Under the pieces are notes generated by a model. That model saw only the letters and a list, made by a program, of their open reading frames with translations. It was not told the DNA's origin and searched no databases. Below, one piece after another: positions 33,191 to 46,530 of a stretch of 64,000 nucleotides of DNA. The position numbers and the translations under genes were made by a program. The stretch spans positions 62,001 to 126,000 of the forward strand of contig MU054466.1 of NCBI GenBank assembly GCA_013239625.1, in the 5' to 3' direction. The first letter of the stretch is position 1. Every line of letters starts with the position of its first letter. Source of the DNA: Lama guanicoe (taxonomy: Eukaryota).

Positions 33191-36100
33191 CGGCACTCTT
33201 TGGAGCCAGATACAGTCGCTGCCCTTCCCCTCACGCTCCCAGAACCTGGCTGGCCCAGCTGCGCCCCAAGGCTGCTCCCCACACCCACAGCCCCAGACCC
33301 TCACCTAAGGGAACACTGATCAGGGCTAGTACCAGCCGGGCACGGTGCTTCAAACATTGTGCTTTTTCTCATCTGCAACATGGAAAGAACTGAGGTTTGG
33401 GGAGGTGCTGTGGAGTGTGGCCATAGGTGGCCTGGGCCCAGGACACCACTTGGTAGCAGCCATGGAGCTACAGGACCGCTTCCCACGTCACCAACTTTGA
33501 AATGACACCCAAGTCTCCTGGGACTACAGGAGGCCAGGCATTGGTGACTCGAGGCTTTATCACAAAGACCCCAGCTCATCCAGGATGGGGTGACAGAGTG
33601 AGCCTCCCTGGGGGGATACTACCTCCAGGAGTCTGTGGGGCAGCCCACCCCCTTGGCACAGTAAAGAGAGGTGGGCAGGGTGGCAGAGCTGGCCTCCTGG
33701 CCCAGAGTTCACCATCTGACCAGCCTCTCTGGGACACCAAGTCCACTGAGGCCTCCTGTTCTTTCTTTCAGATGCTGGGAGACGCCAGCCGCCCCCAGGC
33801 ACTGACAGAGTCTGGGTGGGGTCTGGCCCCCGCCCCTGCCTGGAGCCCAACCATCCTCACCCCAGGCTCTAAAAATGCCACCACACTAGCACACACACGT
33901 GAGGAAGTGAGAGGTGCAGCCCGAGCCGCCAGCAGCAGCTCAGTGGAGGCTCCGGGGTGAAGCCCACGGAGTGGCCTGGACCCTGGGTGTCTGAAGGGAC
34001 CCTTGGGAAGGAAGATTCGGCCCAGCTTCAGATGGCACCCCAACTGACTGCACCAGTGGCACTCACTGGCTTCCTAGAGGTGGGGGTGTGCTAGCACAGG
34101 AGGGTATCTGAGGGGGGCAGGGCGGAGCTGCAGGAGGGCACCCCTCACCTGCGGTGGCGCTCAGGGCCTCTGGGGGCGGCACCCAGCCTCCCCGGCCTCA
34201 GATCATTTACATGTACACCCTGCCCTGAGCAGGTCCTTCCTGCCACCACCTAGCCATCTGCGGGAGGCTTGGGAGCTGGCATCCCTCACCCCAGAGATGC
34301 AAGTTTCCCTGTGAGTAGGAGCTGTGCCACCCTGGGCCTCTGACCCACCACTCCTGCCCCAACCCCACCCCAAAATAGACGAGCTCAGAGCAGCCAACCA
34401 GGAGAGGCAGACGTGGGGTGGCTGTCTTCCTGCCCCTCCTGGTGTCCTTCAGACCAGGGCTGGGTCTTCTCTGAGCTTAGCCCTGGGAGGGCCCCCACCC
34501 AGCGATCTAAGGGGATGCCTGGGGTCCACCATTGTCCCCCAAGAAGAGGAGGAGTCCTGAAGGAGGGCTGGGGGTCAGCCAGGCACACTGTGGTCCTGCA
34601 GGAGCCCAGAGGAGGGAGAGGACAGCCCCTCAGGCATAGCCTTCTGTGGGTGTGGGTCCCACCCGGAGCTGAAGTGGGGGCTCCCCGCTCCCAGGGACAG
34701 AGGGCAGACTGATCAGGCACCGTCTTTCCAGCCACCCCCACCCCCAGTAGACTGTTCCAGTACTTTGCCGGGGTGTGGAGAAAGACCAGAGCAGAGCGGC
34801 AGAGTGAAGCCTGCAGTGTAACCGACTTGCTGATAGAGGAAGGCTCCCACCCCAGGGCTCCCCTGGACCAGGGCTCTGCAGGAGAGAGCCAGGATCCTCC
34901 ATGCCCTGAGGCCTTCCAGAGGGGCTCTAAGCCCCCAACCCCCAGCTCCCCCGGGAGCTTCAGTCCACTTTCCAGGACCAGGAGCCCAGAGCATAGCGGG
35001 AAGGAGTGGGTGCAATTCCTCGGAGCAGGGGAGGGGCGAGGAAGACCAGGGGCACCCACCCTGGATCTGATTCCGATGCCTGGTCCCCCATGGTGGCCCT
35101 GGGCCAGTCCCCCAACGCGGGCTGCCCTTTTCTGAAAGGGAAGAGGATGGGTGGCCCAGGGGGGTGTAGCCATCCCAGGGGAGGTAGAACCAGACACTCT
35201 CCCTTGTGACCCAACCTGCTCCTGGCCCCACACTCCCCCGAGGCCCACCACACCCCTGCCAGGTGCCCCCACCTGTCCCGTCCTCCCTTCCATCTCCTGA
35301 ACTCCCATTCCTCCAGTTGTTCCAAGCCACAGCTGCAGGTCCCACCAGGCCCTGGAACGTGCTCCCCGTCCCCAGCCAGCACAGCTCCTGGGGAGGGGCC
35401 TGGGCTCCGCCCTTCCCAAGAGGAGAGGATGGGTGTGGAGCCAGGATGTCCACCTGTCCCGCCACCTGTCCACATCCAATCTCCATTTTCCACCCAGACG
35501 GAGGATGGGAGCCAGGCTCCTCTGCTACCTCTGAAAATGTTCTTGGAAACCTGGAGAGACTTCTGAGGGTCTCGGCAGCAGCCCCCTCAGGGCGGGTCGG
35601 GGGACAGGTCTCCTGCTCCTACTCAGGACCAGATCTCGGGCGCCAGGGGACCTCCGGGGGCCTGATGAAGCCAGGCAGAGGCCCCACCCAGGAGCCATGG
35701 ACACCGCCCCACTGGAGTCCAGGCCCCAGCCAGGGTATCCATCCTACCGTAGGCTGCCTGTGCCACCCAGCCAGGGCTGCCACCACCCCAGGCTCAGAAT
35801 CGGGGTCCGCACGGGCCAGATTGCTTGAAGAAAGTCAAGTCAGGATGGACATTCTGGCCCTGCCAGGGCCGCTTGCCCTGGGGTCCTGGCTCCTGCCCCT
35901 GCCCTCCTTAGTGACCTGGAGGCGGGACTGTCACAGCCATACCTGGGGCCACACCACAGACTCAGGGTGGGGAGGCTGTCTTTCCAGATGACTGAGGCCA
36001 GCGGGACACAGGCCCCTCCCCCAACTAGGCCACTCTCCCTCCCCTCCCCTCCGCCCCCCTCCCCCTCAGCTTTTCCTTTTCCTCGAATCAGCTCAGGCTC

Positions 36101-37599
36101 CAGAAAAATAAACACATTAACCACTTGATTGGCCCAGGCTGTGAGCAGAGGCAGAAGCAGGCTGCAGAGCCCAGACCCCTGCCCGGCCCAGCTGGACTCA
36201 CCGGCCCTCGACCCCCAGGGCTGGTGCTGGGCACGGGGGTGAGGGTGTGGGTGGGGCTGGGGTGTCTGTGTGTGAGGTCGGGGTGTTGGTGGGGGTTGGG
36301 GTGACTTGGGGGGAGTGTGAGCTGGGGCCTGGCTTGGGCCCTGGGAGGCGATCTCTCTGATGGCCGTCGTTTTTCCCCTAGGGACCCTGGCTGGCCTCGG
36401 CTCCTCAGGCCAAGGCTGGTCACAAGAGGGCCTGGCCCAGCTGTCCACGCCTCCTGACCCTGCAGCTGCGCTGGAGGGAGGGGCCCACCTGGGAGCTTAG
36501 GAGCCCCGGCCCAGCATGGGGGACTGGGGCCGGCGGGGGGCAGCCCCCCTGGGTGCCGAGCAACCTCACCCGTGGCTCTGAGAGACAGAACTGAGCAGGG
36601 TCGCTACTGCCGCCAGAACGTTCAGAGCCCGAGGTCAGTGGGGCCGGCTGGGCAGATGTGCAAATGGTCAAGGTGGGTGAAGGAGCCCAGTAGAGAGGGA
36701 GACGTGCAGGCTGCCCTGCCCCACCCTGAGATCTCTAACCTCTGTCTCCTGTCTGTGAAGTGGGCACCGACGCCCTCCTGACCGCCCTGGGGAGGGTTGG
36801 AAAGCTCACCTGTTAGGGGCGTCCCCCTCCCACCCCATCATCCTGCCAGATGGGTCAGGCCCAGGCCGGGCTCCCATGTGGATGCACCCACCCACCCCTC
36901 CTGCACCCATATCCATCCGCCCAGCTTCAGCCCGAAGCTGCCCTTCACCTCACCCACCCCTGTCCTCAGCTGAGCGCTGCTTGGATGGGCAGGGAGGGTG
37001 TTGAGGGTGGGGCACCTGCAGGACCAGTGAGGAACATCTTAGGACACAGGCTCTGAGGACAGGCAGCCTCGCCCTGGGGCACTACTTCCCCCACCATGAT
37101 GCCCTCGGGAGCTTTTTGCCTCCCTACCTGCCTCAGGTGAGGAAATGGGCCTGGGGGGGAGGGGAAGGGGGCAGGCAGGACTCAAGCTGAGATGTGGGGA
37201 GGCACAGGGCAAGGTGGGCAGAGGCGGGATGTGGGGCGCAGGGAGGAGCCGCTGGCCTGGCCAAGCGTGGACTGCACTGCTGGGGGAGGTGGAGACCTGG
37301 GTGCGGGCCCAGGCCGAGAGGCTCCTGAGACTCTCCTGTCTGCTCTTCTCCAGGCCTCCGTGCCTTTGCACGTCCTGTGCCCTGTTCCCAGGAGAGGCCA
37401 GGGAGCCCGTGTGAGGATCCCAGGCGTGGTGCCCAGTACTTAGCCCTGACTTCCCTCCTGCAGGCCTCTGTCGAAACCCTGGTGTTGGAATATCCTGCCC
37501 CTCCCCATCTGTGGGTGTGGAGCCTCGGCTCTGGGAGAGGCCCCAACATAAGATAAGGTGCCTGGTGTTGGGTCCCCCCTCAGCCCCAGGACAAAAGCT

Positions 37600-38000
37600 G
37601 CATGTGTTCTCTATTGCTGCATAAGAAATCACCCCCAAAACCTAGCAGCGTAAAAAACAAGCGTTTATTATCTGCTGAGGTCTGAGCGTCAGGCGTCTGG
37701 GGGTGGCTGAGCTGGGCAGTCGGGGTCCTGGGAGAACCCTGCTTCTAGGACGGCTCCCTCCCTTGGCTGTGGGTGGGGGCCTCAGTTCCTCTGCTCGGAG
37801 GCCTCTCGGTCGGCCTGCTGCGTGCCCTCGCACTCGGCAGCTGGCCTCCCCAGAGCGACGGACCAAGACAGCCAGGGAGCCTTCGCAGACCCAGCCCAGA
37901 AGTCCAGCTTCATCAGGCCGGTGGCTTCCTACTGGTTAAAGGCACTCTGTCCAGCCCACACGCGAGAAGTAGGGAATTTGGCTCCACCTTTGGAAGGAAG
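37600..38000. mobile_element. MaLR LTR (MLT1-like)
   Basis: ctattgctgcataagaaatcacccccaaaacctagcagcgtaaaaaacaagcgtttattatct...ggctgagctgggcagt...ctactggttaaaggca. Confidence 0.7.
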
Positions 38001-38684
38001 ATGAAAGGATTTGGAGGCCCCTGAGGCTGCAGACCCTAGACCCTGGAAGGAAGGGGACGGGGCTGGCCGGCTGGAGGCAGACCAGAATTGATGTCAGGGC
38101 CACAACCACCCACCCCTCTGGTGGGCCAGTGGGCCGGCGTGGGCCGGGGTGGGGGTGGCCACTCCTCCCTCCCCACCCCCAGCCCGCAAGTCTCCAGGCG
38201 GTGCCCTTTCCAGGTGTGTCTCAGTGGGTGAGTGGACTCGATGCTGTGGCCTGAGGGCTGTGCAGGCACCCGCAGCCCCGCCGGCCGGCTGCTCAGCCCT
38301 GATGTTGAGCTGTAGGATGCAGCCACAGGGCTGACCCTTCACCCCTTCTCCTGGCCTGTCCGCGGTCCCTTCACTGGGCCCTGGGGCTTCAGATGTGACA
38401 GTTCTGCTAACTTTGGCCACTGAGGTCAGCCAGAAGGATGGAGGATGCTGCGGTCCCCCTCGGTTCACCCAGCCAGTCGTGCTTCTGAAGGAGTGGAAAG
38501 CACTGTGCAGAGTCGAGTCAAAGTAGCTCACATTTTTGCTTTTAGAAATAGACACAGGGCTCTGGAGAGACAGAGGCACACGCCCCAGGAGGGATCGGGG
38601 AGGGCTATATTCACTTTCCCCCTCACGCTTTTCCAGAATTTCCCAGTTTCCTGCAGGGAACATCTATTTGTCGACTCGTTTCTT

Positions 38685-39995
38685 CCCCTAGTTGAGATGA
38701 TATTCACGTAACATACAAGAAGCACATAAAGTATACAACTCAGTTGCATTCAGCATACTCACAATGTTGTGCAAATTGCGAAAACTTTTCATCACCTACA
38801 AAACCAGCCCGTGCTCACTGAGTCATCACTCCCCATTTCCCGTGCCCCTCCCTCCGGGAACCGCTAACCTATACCACGGCGACGGAGCTGCCCATCCCTG
38901 GTACACCCCACAAGGGGAGCCACAGCGGACGTGGCCTTGTGTCTGGCTGCTTTCACTCAGCCAACGTTTCCGAGGTTCATCCCCGCTGTGGCCCGTATCC
39001 CGTCACCCTGCTTTATGACCGAGTAGCGTCTGACCTGTGGTCGCCTGCTCTTCTGCCTTGGACATTTGGGTCCTCTCACCTCTTGGAGGCTGCGGGTCGT
39101 GCTGCTGTCTGGGAACACTCCTGTGCAGTGTCTGTGGGGACAGACGTCTTCACTTCTCTTGGGTTTACACCTGGGAGTGGAATTGCTGGGTCACGTGAGA
39201 ATTCTGTACGCTGAACTTTTTGAGGAACCGCCGAACTTCCGTTTTCCAGCGGCACCATGTTCTCCCTTCCCACCAGCGATGTGGGAGCGGTCCCGTCCCT
39301 CCACGCCCTTGCCAGCCCTTGCTGGTTTCCGTTTTGCGAAACTCGGAGCCACCCAGTAGGTGTGAGGTGGTATCTTTCTGTGGTTCTGTCTGCATGTCCC
39401 TTCCTTTTTAAAACTTTCAGTTTTTATTTCTTTATTCATTTTGGAGGGGAGATACTTTTTGATTATTTTTTCTACTTATTTATTTTTAATGGAGGTGCTG
39501 GGGTTTGAACCCAAGACCTTGTGCACGTTAGGCAAGCACTCTCCCATGAGCTGTACCCTCCCCGCTGCATTTCCCTTCAGACTGCGGACAATGAACATCT
39601 TCTCATGAGCTGATTGGCCAGTTGTCCATCTTCTTCGGGAGAATGTGCGTTCAAGCCCCATAGCATTTTTTAAATGGGACTGTCTGTTTTGCTTGAGTTT
39701 TTAGAACTCTTTATATATTCTGGACCCTTGTCAGATACACGCTCCTCCTGTTTCGAGAGCTACCTTTTCACTCTCTTACACTGTCCTTTAATGCGGGGAA
39801 GTTACCTCTTCGCTTCTTGGTTGCTGTGCTTTTGGTATTGCATCTAATAATCCATTGCCGTGGAGGTCTAGCCCTGTGTCTGCCTCTAAGAACTTTCTGG
39901 CTTTGGCTCTTTGTGTTGGTGGCTGAGTTTCGAGTTGGGTTCTGTGCACGTGTGAGAGGGAACCAGGCTTCGCTCTTTGCACGTGGGGGTCCTGT
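38685..39995 (-). mobile_element. L1MA/MB-like antisense fragment interrupted by a SINE
   Basis: ttgagatgatattcacgtaacata...agtatacaactcagttgcattcagcatactcacaatgttgtgcaa...ctgggagtggaattgctgggtca...cccaccagcgatgtgggag. Confidence 0.8.
39405..39563 (-). mobile_element. tRNA-derived SINE (camelid Vic-type)
   Basis: tttttaatggaggtgctggggtttgaacccaagaccttgtgcacgttaggcaagcactctcccatgagctgtaccctcccc. Confidence 0.85.
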
Positions 39996-42900
39996 TGTCA
40001 GAGAGCATCGCCTGCTGGGCTGTTACTTCCATAATTACAGAAACGAGTGACAAATAAGCCTGCTCTGGAGTTTAAACTGGAGTAGGCACTGCTGGGAAGG
40101 GGCCTCCCTTTGGGTCCAGAGGCTGCCCTGGCTCTCTTCTTCCTATTCCTGGGGGGGCAGCAGAGCCCCGCCCCAGCCCCTTGTCCCCAGCAGCACACTC
40201 GCCTCCGTGGGCAGATCACTGGCCAGGGCCTCGTGGTGGGTGTGGAGCCGGGGGCAGGCTTGCCTGGGTGCCGGTGCAGGAGCAGCCTCCCCGGCACAAA
40301 GGGCATGGGGTGTCTGGAGCCTGGGTTGCAGTGAAGGCCACTGGCTCTGTGGGGCTGGCCCTGCCATCAGAGGAACTCCTCTCTCCCAAGGAGAGGGCTG
40401 GGCAGGTGGGCTGGTGGATGGGAGGCACCGCCCTTCCCTCTCAGCTCAGCCTTTTGGCCTGGAGGCTGGATAGGGCTGGTCCCTAGGGTTTGGGCTCTCC
40501 CTGCCCCCACCTGCACCTGCTGCCCTTTGGCTCCAGTTCCCCCTCATCCTTTCTCTCTCCCTCGCTCCAGTTCACCTGTGCTTGGCCGCACAGGCGGCCT
40601 CCTCAGACTGGTGCCTGGAACAGAGCTGGCGACTGCACGACCTCTGCTGGCAGTGGCCTGTTCCCCTGGCGGCCTGGGGGCAGCCGAGCTGCGCCTGCAC
40701 CCGCACCCACTATCGGGTGAGGCGCAGCTCCCCATCACAGTCGGGGACCACGGAGGAGGCTGGCTGAACCGATGCTGCCCAGGTTCCTGCTCGCTGCCCC
40801 ACGCCTCTGTCCAGGCCTCTGGCCCCAGTGCCCAAATGCAGTGGCCATTTCTCAGACCCCGGGCCTCCAGGACCCCTCTTCTCCTCTCCGTCCGTTCTGT
40901 CTGGGGAGTGGCCTCGTCCACTCTCAGGGTCCTTAAGACCATCCTCATGTGGGTGACCCCAAGACACCTTGCAGCTCAGGCTCCCTGAGGATCCCTCAAT
41001 GCCCTGGCCCACGCAGCACTCTCAACCGCGGGCCCCCTCCGGGTCCTCTCCTTTCCTCGCTCCACATCCAGGCCCCGGCAGCTCCTGCAGTTTGTCATGC
41101 CCTGGGTGGTGGACCCCCAAGCCTGGGAGAGCCTTTGCCCACCTGGGTGCCTGGAACAGTGCCTGGAACAGAGCAGGCACTCCGTGAATGCAAGTGAGGG
41201 AGAAATGATGGGGAAAGGGGCACCTCCGCGCACTGTCCAGCCTCCTCCCCGCCCCCGTGGCCCGTCCCCAGAGGGGGCCTCCCAAACCAGCCCTGGTACG
41301 GGTCTCTGCCTGTCCTCCTCGGCCGCCGCACAGGTCTCACCCGCTCGGGCGGGCTGCCTGATGCCCAGGTAACTTAGTCCTACCCACATACTCTGCACCT
41401 GACTTTGCTTCAGCTGCCTCTCCTGACCTTACACCCCGGGTCCCTGCGTACCTGTGAGGGGTGACCCAGGTGGGGCCCACCATGTTACCTGATTTTGCTC
41501 TCCAAGGACCAAGCTCGGCTCATTTGGGCCGCCCCCCCCGGGAGGTCCCCGTAGTCACAGCTCCCCACCAACCCTCCCTGCAGTCTCAACTTGGAGCATC
41601 CGGCCCAGGGGACAGAGGTCATAACCCAGCCCTGCCTGGCACAGGGTGCCCCGGAAAGTCCTCCTGAGGTGGAGGATGGGTGTCTCTGGCCACCTTGCCA
41701 GTGGCCTTCGCTAGGCCAGAATGGATGGCTGGAGGCTGCAGCCAGGCCTTGGCAAGGGGCCAGTGAAGGGGTCGAGGGAGTGGGGCGGGCTGCGAGCCCA
41801 GCTCTGAGCTTCCCTGTAGCCCACAGGGAGGGAGGGCGAGGCTTGCCCAACCTTCCCGCCCCGACCACAGGCCTCCTCCTCCCAGTGACTCAGCACAGTG
41901 AGCTCCCGGGTGCTCGGGGGAGCTCAGGGAGGGATGGGGGATGCCGCCCATGGCCCGCTGACAGCCTGGAGCCAGTCCCTGGCCCCTGCGGCGACACCAG
42001 CTTGCGGGTGGTCTCCAGGGAGGTGGGCGGGCGGGCCCTGTCCCTGCTCTGCTTGGCCACTCGAGCGACTGCGGGGGTTACAGTACGAGCTCCCCAGAAG
42101 TCCCGCAGCCCCCGGGACCCCTCACAGGCTGCAGTGCGCAGCAAAGTGAGGTGGACACCAGCCTCCTGCTCAAGTCGGCTGTGAGGGCCAGTTGGCCTGG
42201 CGAGGCGCACCCCGTCTTGGTGCCCCTGCCCCGCTGGGTAGCTCAACACTAGCCTCTCAGGGAGCACCCGTCTGTGTCCTGCCTGCACCCATCGCCCTGC
42301 CTCCGCCTCCAGGCCTTGACTGCTGGGAAATGGCCACAATGGGCCCCTGGTTCTCTTGTCCCCTCCAGGAGCCCTGTCCTTCCCACCAGAGTCCCTTCCT
42401 GGTTGCCGCCTGCTGCCTGGTTCACAGGGCACCCCTTGTTCTGGAGTGGCAGGGACCATCCAGCTGGCTGTCCGTGGCCTGGAATACACGGTGAGGGATG
42501 AAAGACATCTCCAACTGAAGCCCCTCATCAGGTCCCCGTTTCCTCAGGACCCCCCCACCCAGCGTATGTGCCCGTCCCCTTCTGGAGGTCCAGAGGCCCA
42601 GGCAGAGGGTGGCAGCTAGCCTCTCCTGCCCCGGGCCTGTGAGCAAGTGGACAGGTCACTGCAGCCCCACACAGACGTCTTCCTGATCCGGGGGCAGTGA
42701 CTTGCTCAGGACCACGCAGGTCAGCGCTCAGGCCGGCCCCACCTAGATCCCTGTGCTTTGGGGAACTCATGCGAGGCCTGCATAGTTAAGGGGCCGAGCT
42801 CCAAAGCCCGAGTGACGAGACTGCAGACCTTAGGGGGCCATTGGGGTCCACCAGGAGTGCCGAGGCTCCTCCCAGGATGGTGAGCCCCTGTCTTGGCAGG

Positions 42901-43068
42901 GCCCGCCGCTGGCTTCCATCATTCTGTGGGCTGTGTGAGGTGCAGGAGCAGAAGCCTTAGCTGGGGCTCAGGGGAGGGGATCAGAAATTCCGGGGCTATT
43001 GGGCCACTGGAGCGGAAGAGCTCATCCTGCCACGGGGATCAAGGCTGCGCTGTGCCTGAGCCACCGCA

Positions 43069-43170
43069 GGGTTAATGCAAGGGTCAGGGTCGGGGTAGGG
43101 GTGGGGGCGGGTTAGGGTTAGTGTGGGGTCAGGGTCAAGGCTGAGGGAACTGCAGGGGCAGGGTTAGAGG
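43069..43170 (+). repeat. Degenerate telomere-like G-rich hexamer tract
   Basis: gggtca gggtcg gggtag gggtgg gggc gggtta gggtta gtgtg gggtca gggtca. Confidence 0.6.
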
Positions 43171-43954
43171 CCATGGGTGGTGAGGGGCGGGGCTCATACC
43201 CCTTGTGAGGAGTTGTCTCCCTTTCAAGGGGCGTATTCTCTTGGCCCTTTTGGTTTACACAGACACCCCAGAGCCCCTTCATGGGTGTGAACCAGCACCC
43301 CCGTTGTTCACGCGTCGTTTCTGACCCTCAAATCTGCGGGGAATGGAGGGTGCCAGCCCTACTTCATGGAGAAGCAGGGTCCCAGGAAGCTGTATCAAGG
43401 CAGGAGCAGAGCTGGGATTTGAACCTGGACTGTCAAGCAGGCCATCCTGGTCTGGAGGCAGTGAGGGTGCCCAAGGCCTGTGGGATGTAGGTGAAAGGTC
43501 ATGGGGACCCCGTGGCTTCTCTAGGCAGGCAGGGCTGTTTTCACTGCACTGGTAGGATCACATCTTCCATGAGGCTTGAATTATTGATCTGCCTGGTATT
43601 TAATAACCCCTGGACCTCTTGCCAAGAGCTCCCTCCTAGAGCAGTCTTTCTTACGGCTAACTGAGTTGAGTTTGTGCACTATGGGCAGGGCCAGCTAGGG
43701 GAATGAATGCCATCAGGGTGGAGAAAACACAGAAGAGAGGAGGGGCTGGACCAAAGACTGTGCCCACCGCTGCCTGGAGCCACAGCAGTGCCACCGGCCA
43801 GCAGGGTGGGCATGGGTATCTCCACTTGTTGGGATAACTGGATCCTCTTCAGCCTCAGTGGACCCTCAGATGTTGGGGAAGGGTGTTTCTAAGCCCGGGA
43901 TGGGGGTCTCGGCATAAAGGTTTGCCTTTGGCCTCTGTGAGGTAGTTTTGCTTC

Positions 43955-44200
43955 TTTATTTCAGCTTAAAATTGAACACACAAACACCAGAGCACACAGG
44001 TTGTGAGCGCACACAAACTGATGAATTTTCACCAAGCAAGCACACCAGGCAACAGTACCCAGAACGAAAGACCACTCCAGCGTCCTGCGCCCCCAACTCC
44101 CGGCAGAGCCTCAGTGCTTGCCTGGCCCCCTGCACCAGTGGAGTCGCCCGGCGCCCCCGTCGTGTCCGCTTCTTCACTGCTGGAGGAGCCACGCGTGACG
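43955..44200 (-). mobile_element. Old L1M 3' end fragment merging into the CpG island
   Basis: gagcacacaggttgtgagcgcacacaaactgatgaattttcaccaagc...cacaccaggcaacagtacccagaacgaa. Confidence 0.55.
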
Positions 44201-44960
44201 CGGCATCACTCGCGGCCTCCCGCTTTTGCCCCGCGTCACCTGCGCTCCAGCCCCACGGGCAGCCCGGGCCCCTCCCCTCCTGGGTACAGTCCAGCCCCCG
44301 CTCCGTGCAGCCCCGACCCCGCCCGGTCGGAGTCGCCATCACCTTCGGGGCTACGAGACCGGCGGCATCACAGAGCCCGGCGGGGCGAGCGCCCCACCCG
44401 CTCCTCCGCACCTGCGCGCGGGCGGGGTGGGAGGGGCCCGGAACCCGGCTCCTCGGGGCCCGTGTTTCCGGCCGACGGACGCGAGCGCTGCACGGAGCGC
44501 GCCCGGACGGCGACCGACGGACTGAGGTCACCATGGCAACGCGGCGGGACCGGAGGCCGCTCGCGGCGGGCGTTCCGGGTGAGGCGCGGGCGCGGGGGGC
44601 GCCGCGGGGCGCGCAGCGCGGGGGGCGCGGCTTGTCACAGGCGTCGTCGCTTTCCTCGGAAAAACCCGAGGCGTCCGAGCCCCGCTAGACGCCGCCGCTC
44701 CCGCGGGGACCCGGCCGGGCCGACCCCGCGGGGCTGCGGGGCGCGAGCGGTGTCCGGCCCGCGAGCCCGCCCGAGCCGCGGCTGTTCCCTGCTCGTCTGT
44801 TCCCTGCAGCGCCCGCCCCGCCGGCGGGGTGGGGGCCGGAGACGTTCGCGGCGCCCCGCCCTGTCCGAGGGCTCTACGGCCCTCCCAGCGCCGGATGAGG
44901 TGGGCGCTGCAGAGCTGCGTTTGCCCAGGCTCCGCGCGGGTGAGGATGGGTTCAAACCCA
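44100..44960 (+). promoter_or_regulatory. CCDC57: CCDC57 CpG-island promoter and non-coding exon 1 (donor after 44578)
   Basis: Very dense CpG; ccgg|gtgagg donor; X-box GTCACCATGGCAAC 44527-44540; ETS-like TTTCCGG near 44465. Confidence 0.75.
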
Positions 44961-44980
44961 GGCAGTCCGGTCCAGGGCGA

Positions 44981-46530
44981 TTTTTTTTTTTTTAATTAAC
45001 CGAGACATAAAAAAGTTGCGAAAGGGGTACGAAGATTTCCTCTGTCCCTTTTGCCGGGATTCCCCCAGATGGTAACCTCTTACGTTACCATGGTTCATTT
45101 AGCAAACTGAGGGAATTAACACTAATACAAAACCATGATCTAATACACAGGATTTATTCAGACTCAGCAGTTATCTTACGGATGACTTTACCCTTCTGAA
45201 GGGTCCAATCCAGGACCATCCTTGTTTTCTTATTCTTTAATCTGGAGCAGTTCCTCAGTCTTTCCTTGACTTTTATGAGTCAGTTGTTACGTAGAAGGCT
45301 CCTCGGTCTGGGTTTATCTGATGTTCCCTTAGGATTACTTCCAAGTTATGCACTTCTGGTAAGAAAAACCTCACCAGGGAAATTGTGTTTTCTTCTACGC
45401 ATCTCATTAGGAGACACCTGATGCCAATTTGTCCCATTACTGCTGATGCTGATTTTGGTCGTGTGCTTTAGGTGATGTCTACAAGGTGTCTCCATCACAA
45501 ATTCACCATTTTCCTTTCATAAGTAATATCATGGGGAGATGTTTTGGAACCATGCAAACACCTTGTTTCTAACCACACTGCCACTGATTTTAGCATCCAG
45601 AAGGGAGCATTTTCTGAAACAGTTATGAATGTTGTATTTGCCAAATGATAGTTTTTTTCCATTTCCATTATTTCTTCTACTTTTATTAGTTGGAATTCTA
45701 CTGTAAGGAAGAACCTTCCATTTTTTTCTACTTAATTATTTATGTTGGTACAGACATTTCGATTTCATTTTTATTTCATAGGTTATAATCCATTTCTGTC
45801 ATCTATTTTGTTGCTCTTTTGCCCAGATTTGGCCATGAGGAGTCCATTTAAGTTGGCTTCCGTGTCCTTTTAGCCTGTCCCCAACATTTTTGAGCACTTC
45901 CTTATTTCCAGACGCATCCTGTGCTTTCCTTGACCTACCCTGGACTCAGTTATTTCTCTAAGGAGTGTTGGTTCCTTTTAGTTTAGAAGGTTTTATTTAA
46001 GAAATCATAATCTGGGGGAGGTATGTCATTGCTTTTTGTGTTTCTCAGTGGGCAGAGGTAGGGAACATATTTGTATATACCATATAATCCATGCCTATTT
46101 CTATATTCATGTATCTGTGTGGATCTTAAAAACTGAGTTTATATTCATACTTCCAGTTCCCATCCATCACCACAGGTTCATTCCACATTCCTTTTCCTCT
46201 CTCAGTCTGGCTCCTGTTGTCCTCAATTTGCACAGTCCTCAATTTACTCATCTGCTCAGGCCTAGACTACGTGTAGTGTCAGAATTGCCAGCCCATATTT
46301 CTGTGAAAACCAAATTTACTCACCAGAGCACAATACTTGCCTGTGGCTGTTTTTGTTTCTGTTTTTAGAATATAGAGTCAAAGACTGTTTCATAAAGCTG
46401 CTTTAGTGCACTGCATCTGTTACTCATTTGTAATAAATTTAGTTTCACTTGTTTCTGATTATATTTCAGCTTGAGTCCTTGATTTTGAGTTGTTGTATGT
46501 GAAACATTTACGTGGTTCTAAAAGTGAGCA
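44981..46530 (-). mobile_element. L1MC-like 3' region, antisense
   Basis: Poly-T followed by aaaaagttgcgaaagg...ggtaacctcttacgttaccatggttcattt...aagggtccaatccagga...ttggaattctactgtaaggaaga. Confidence 0.75.

Noticed and set aside
33130-44100. Shared bidirectional promoter for the divergent SLC16A3 and CCDC57 genes
   Set aside because: The two CpG islands are about 11 kb apart, with repeats between them
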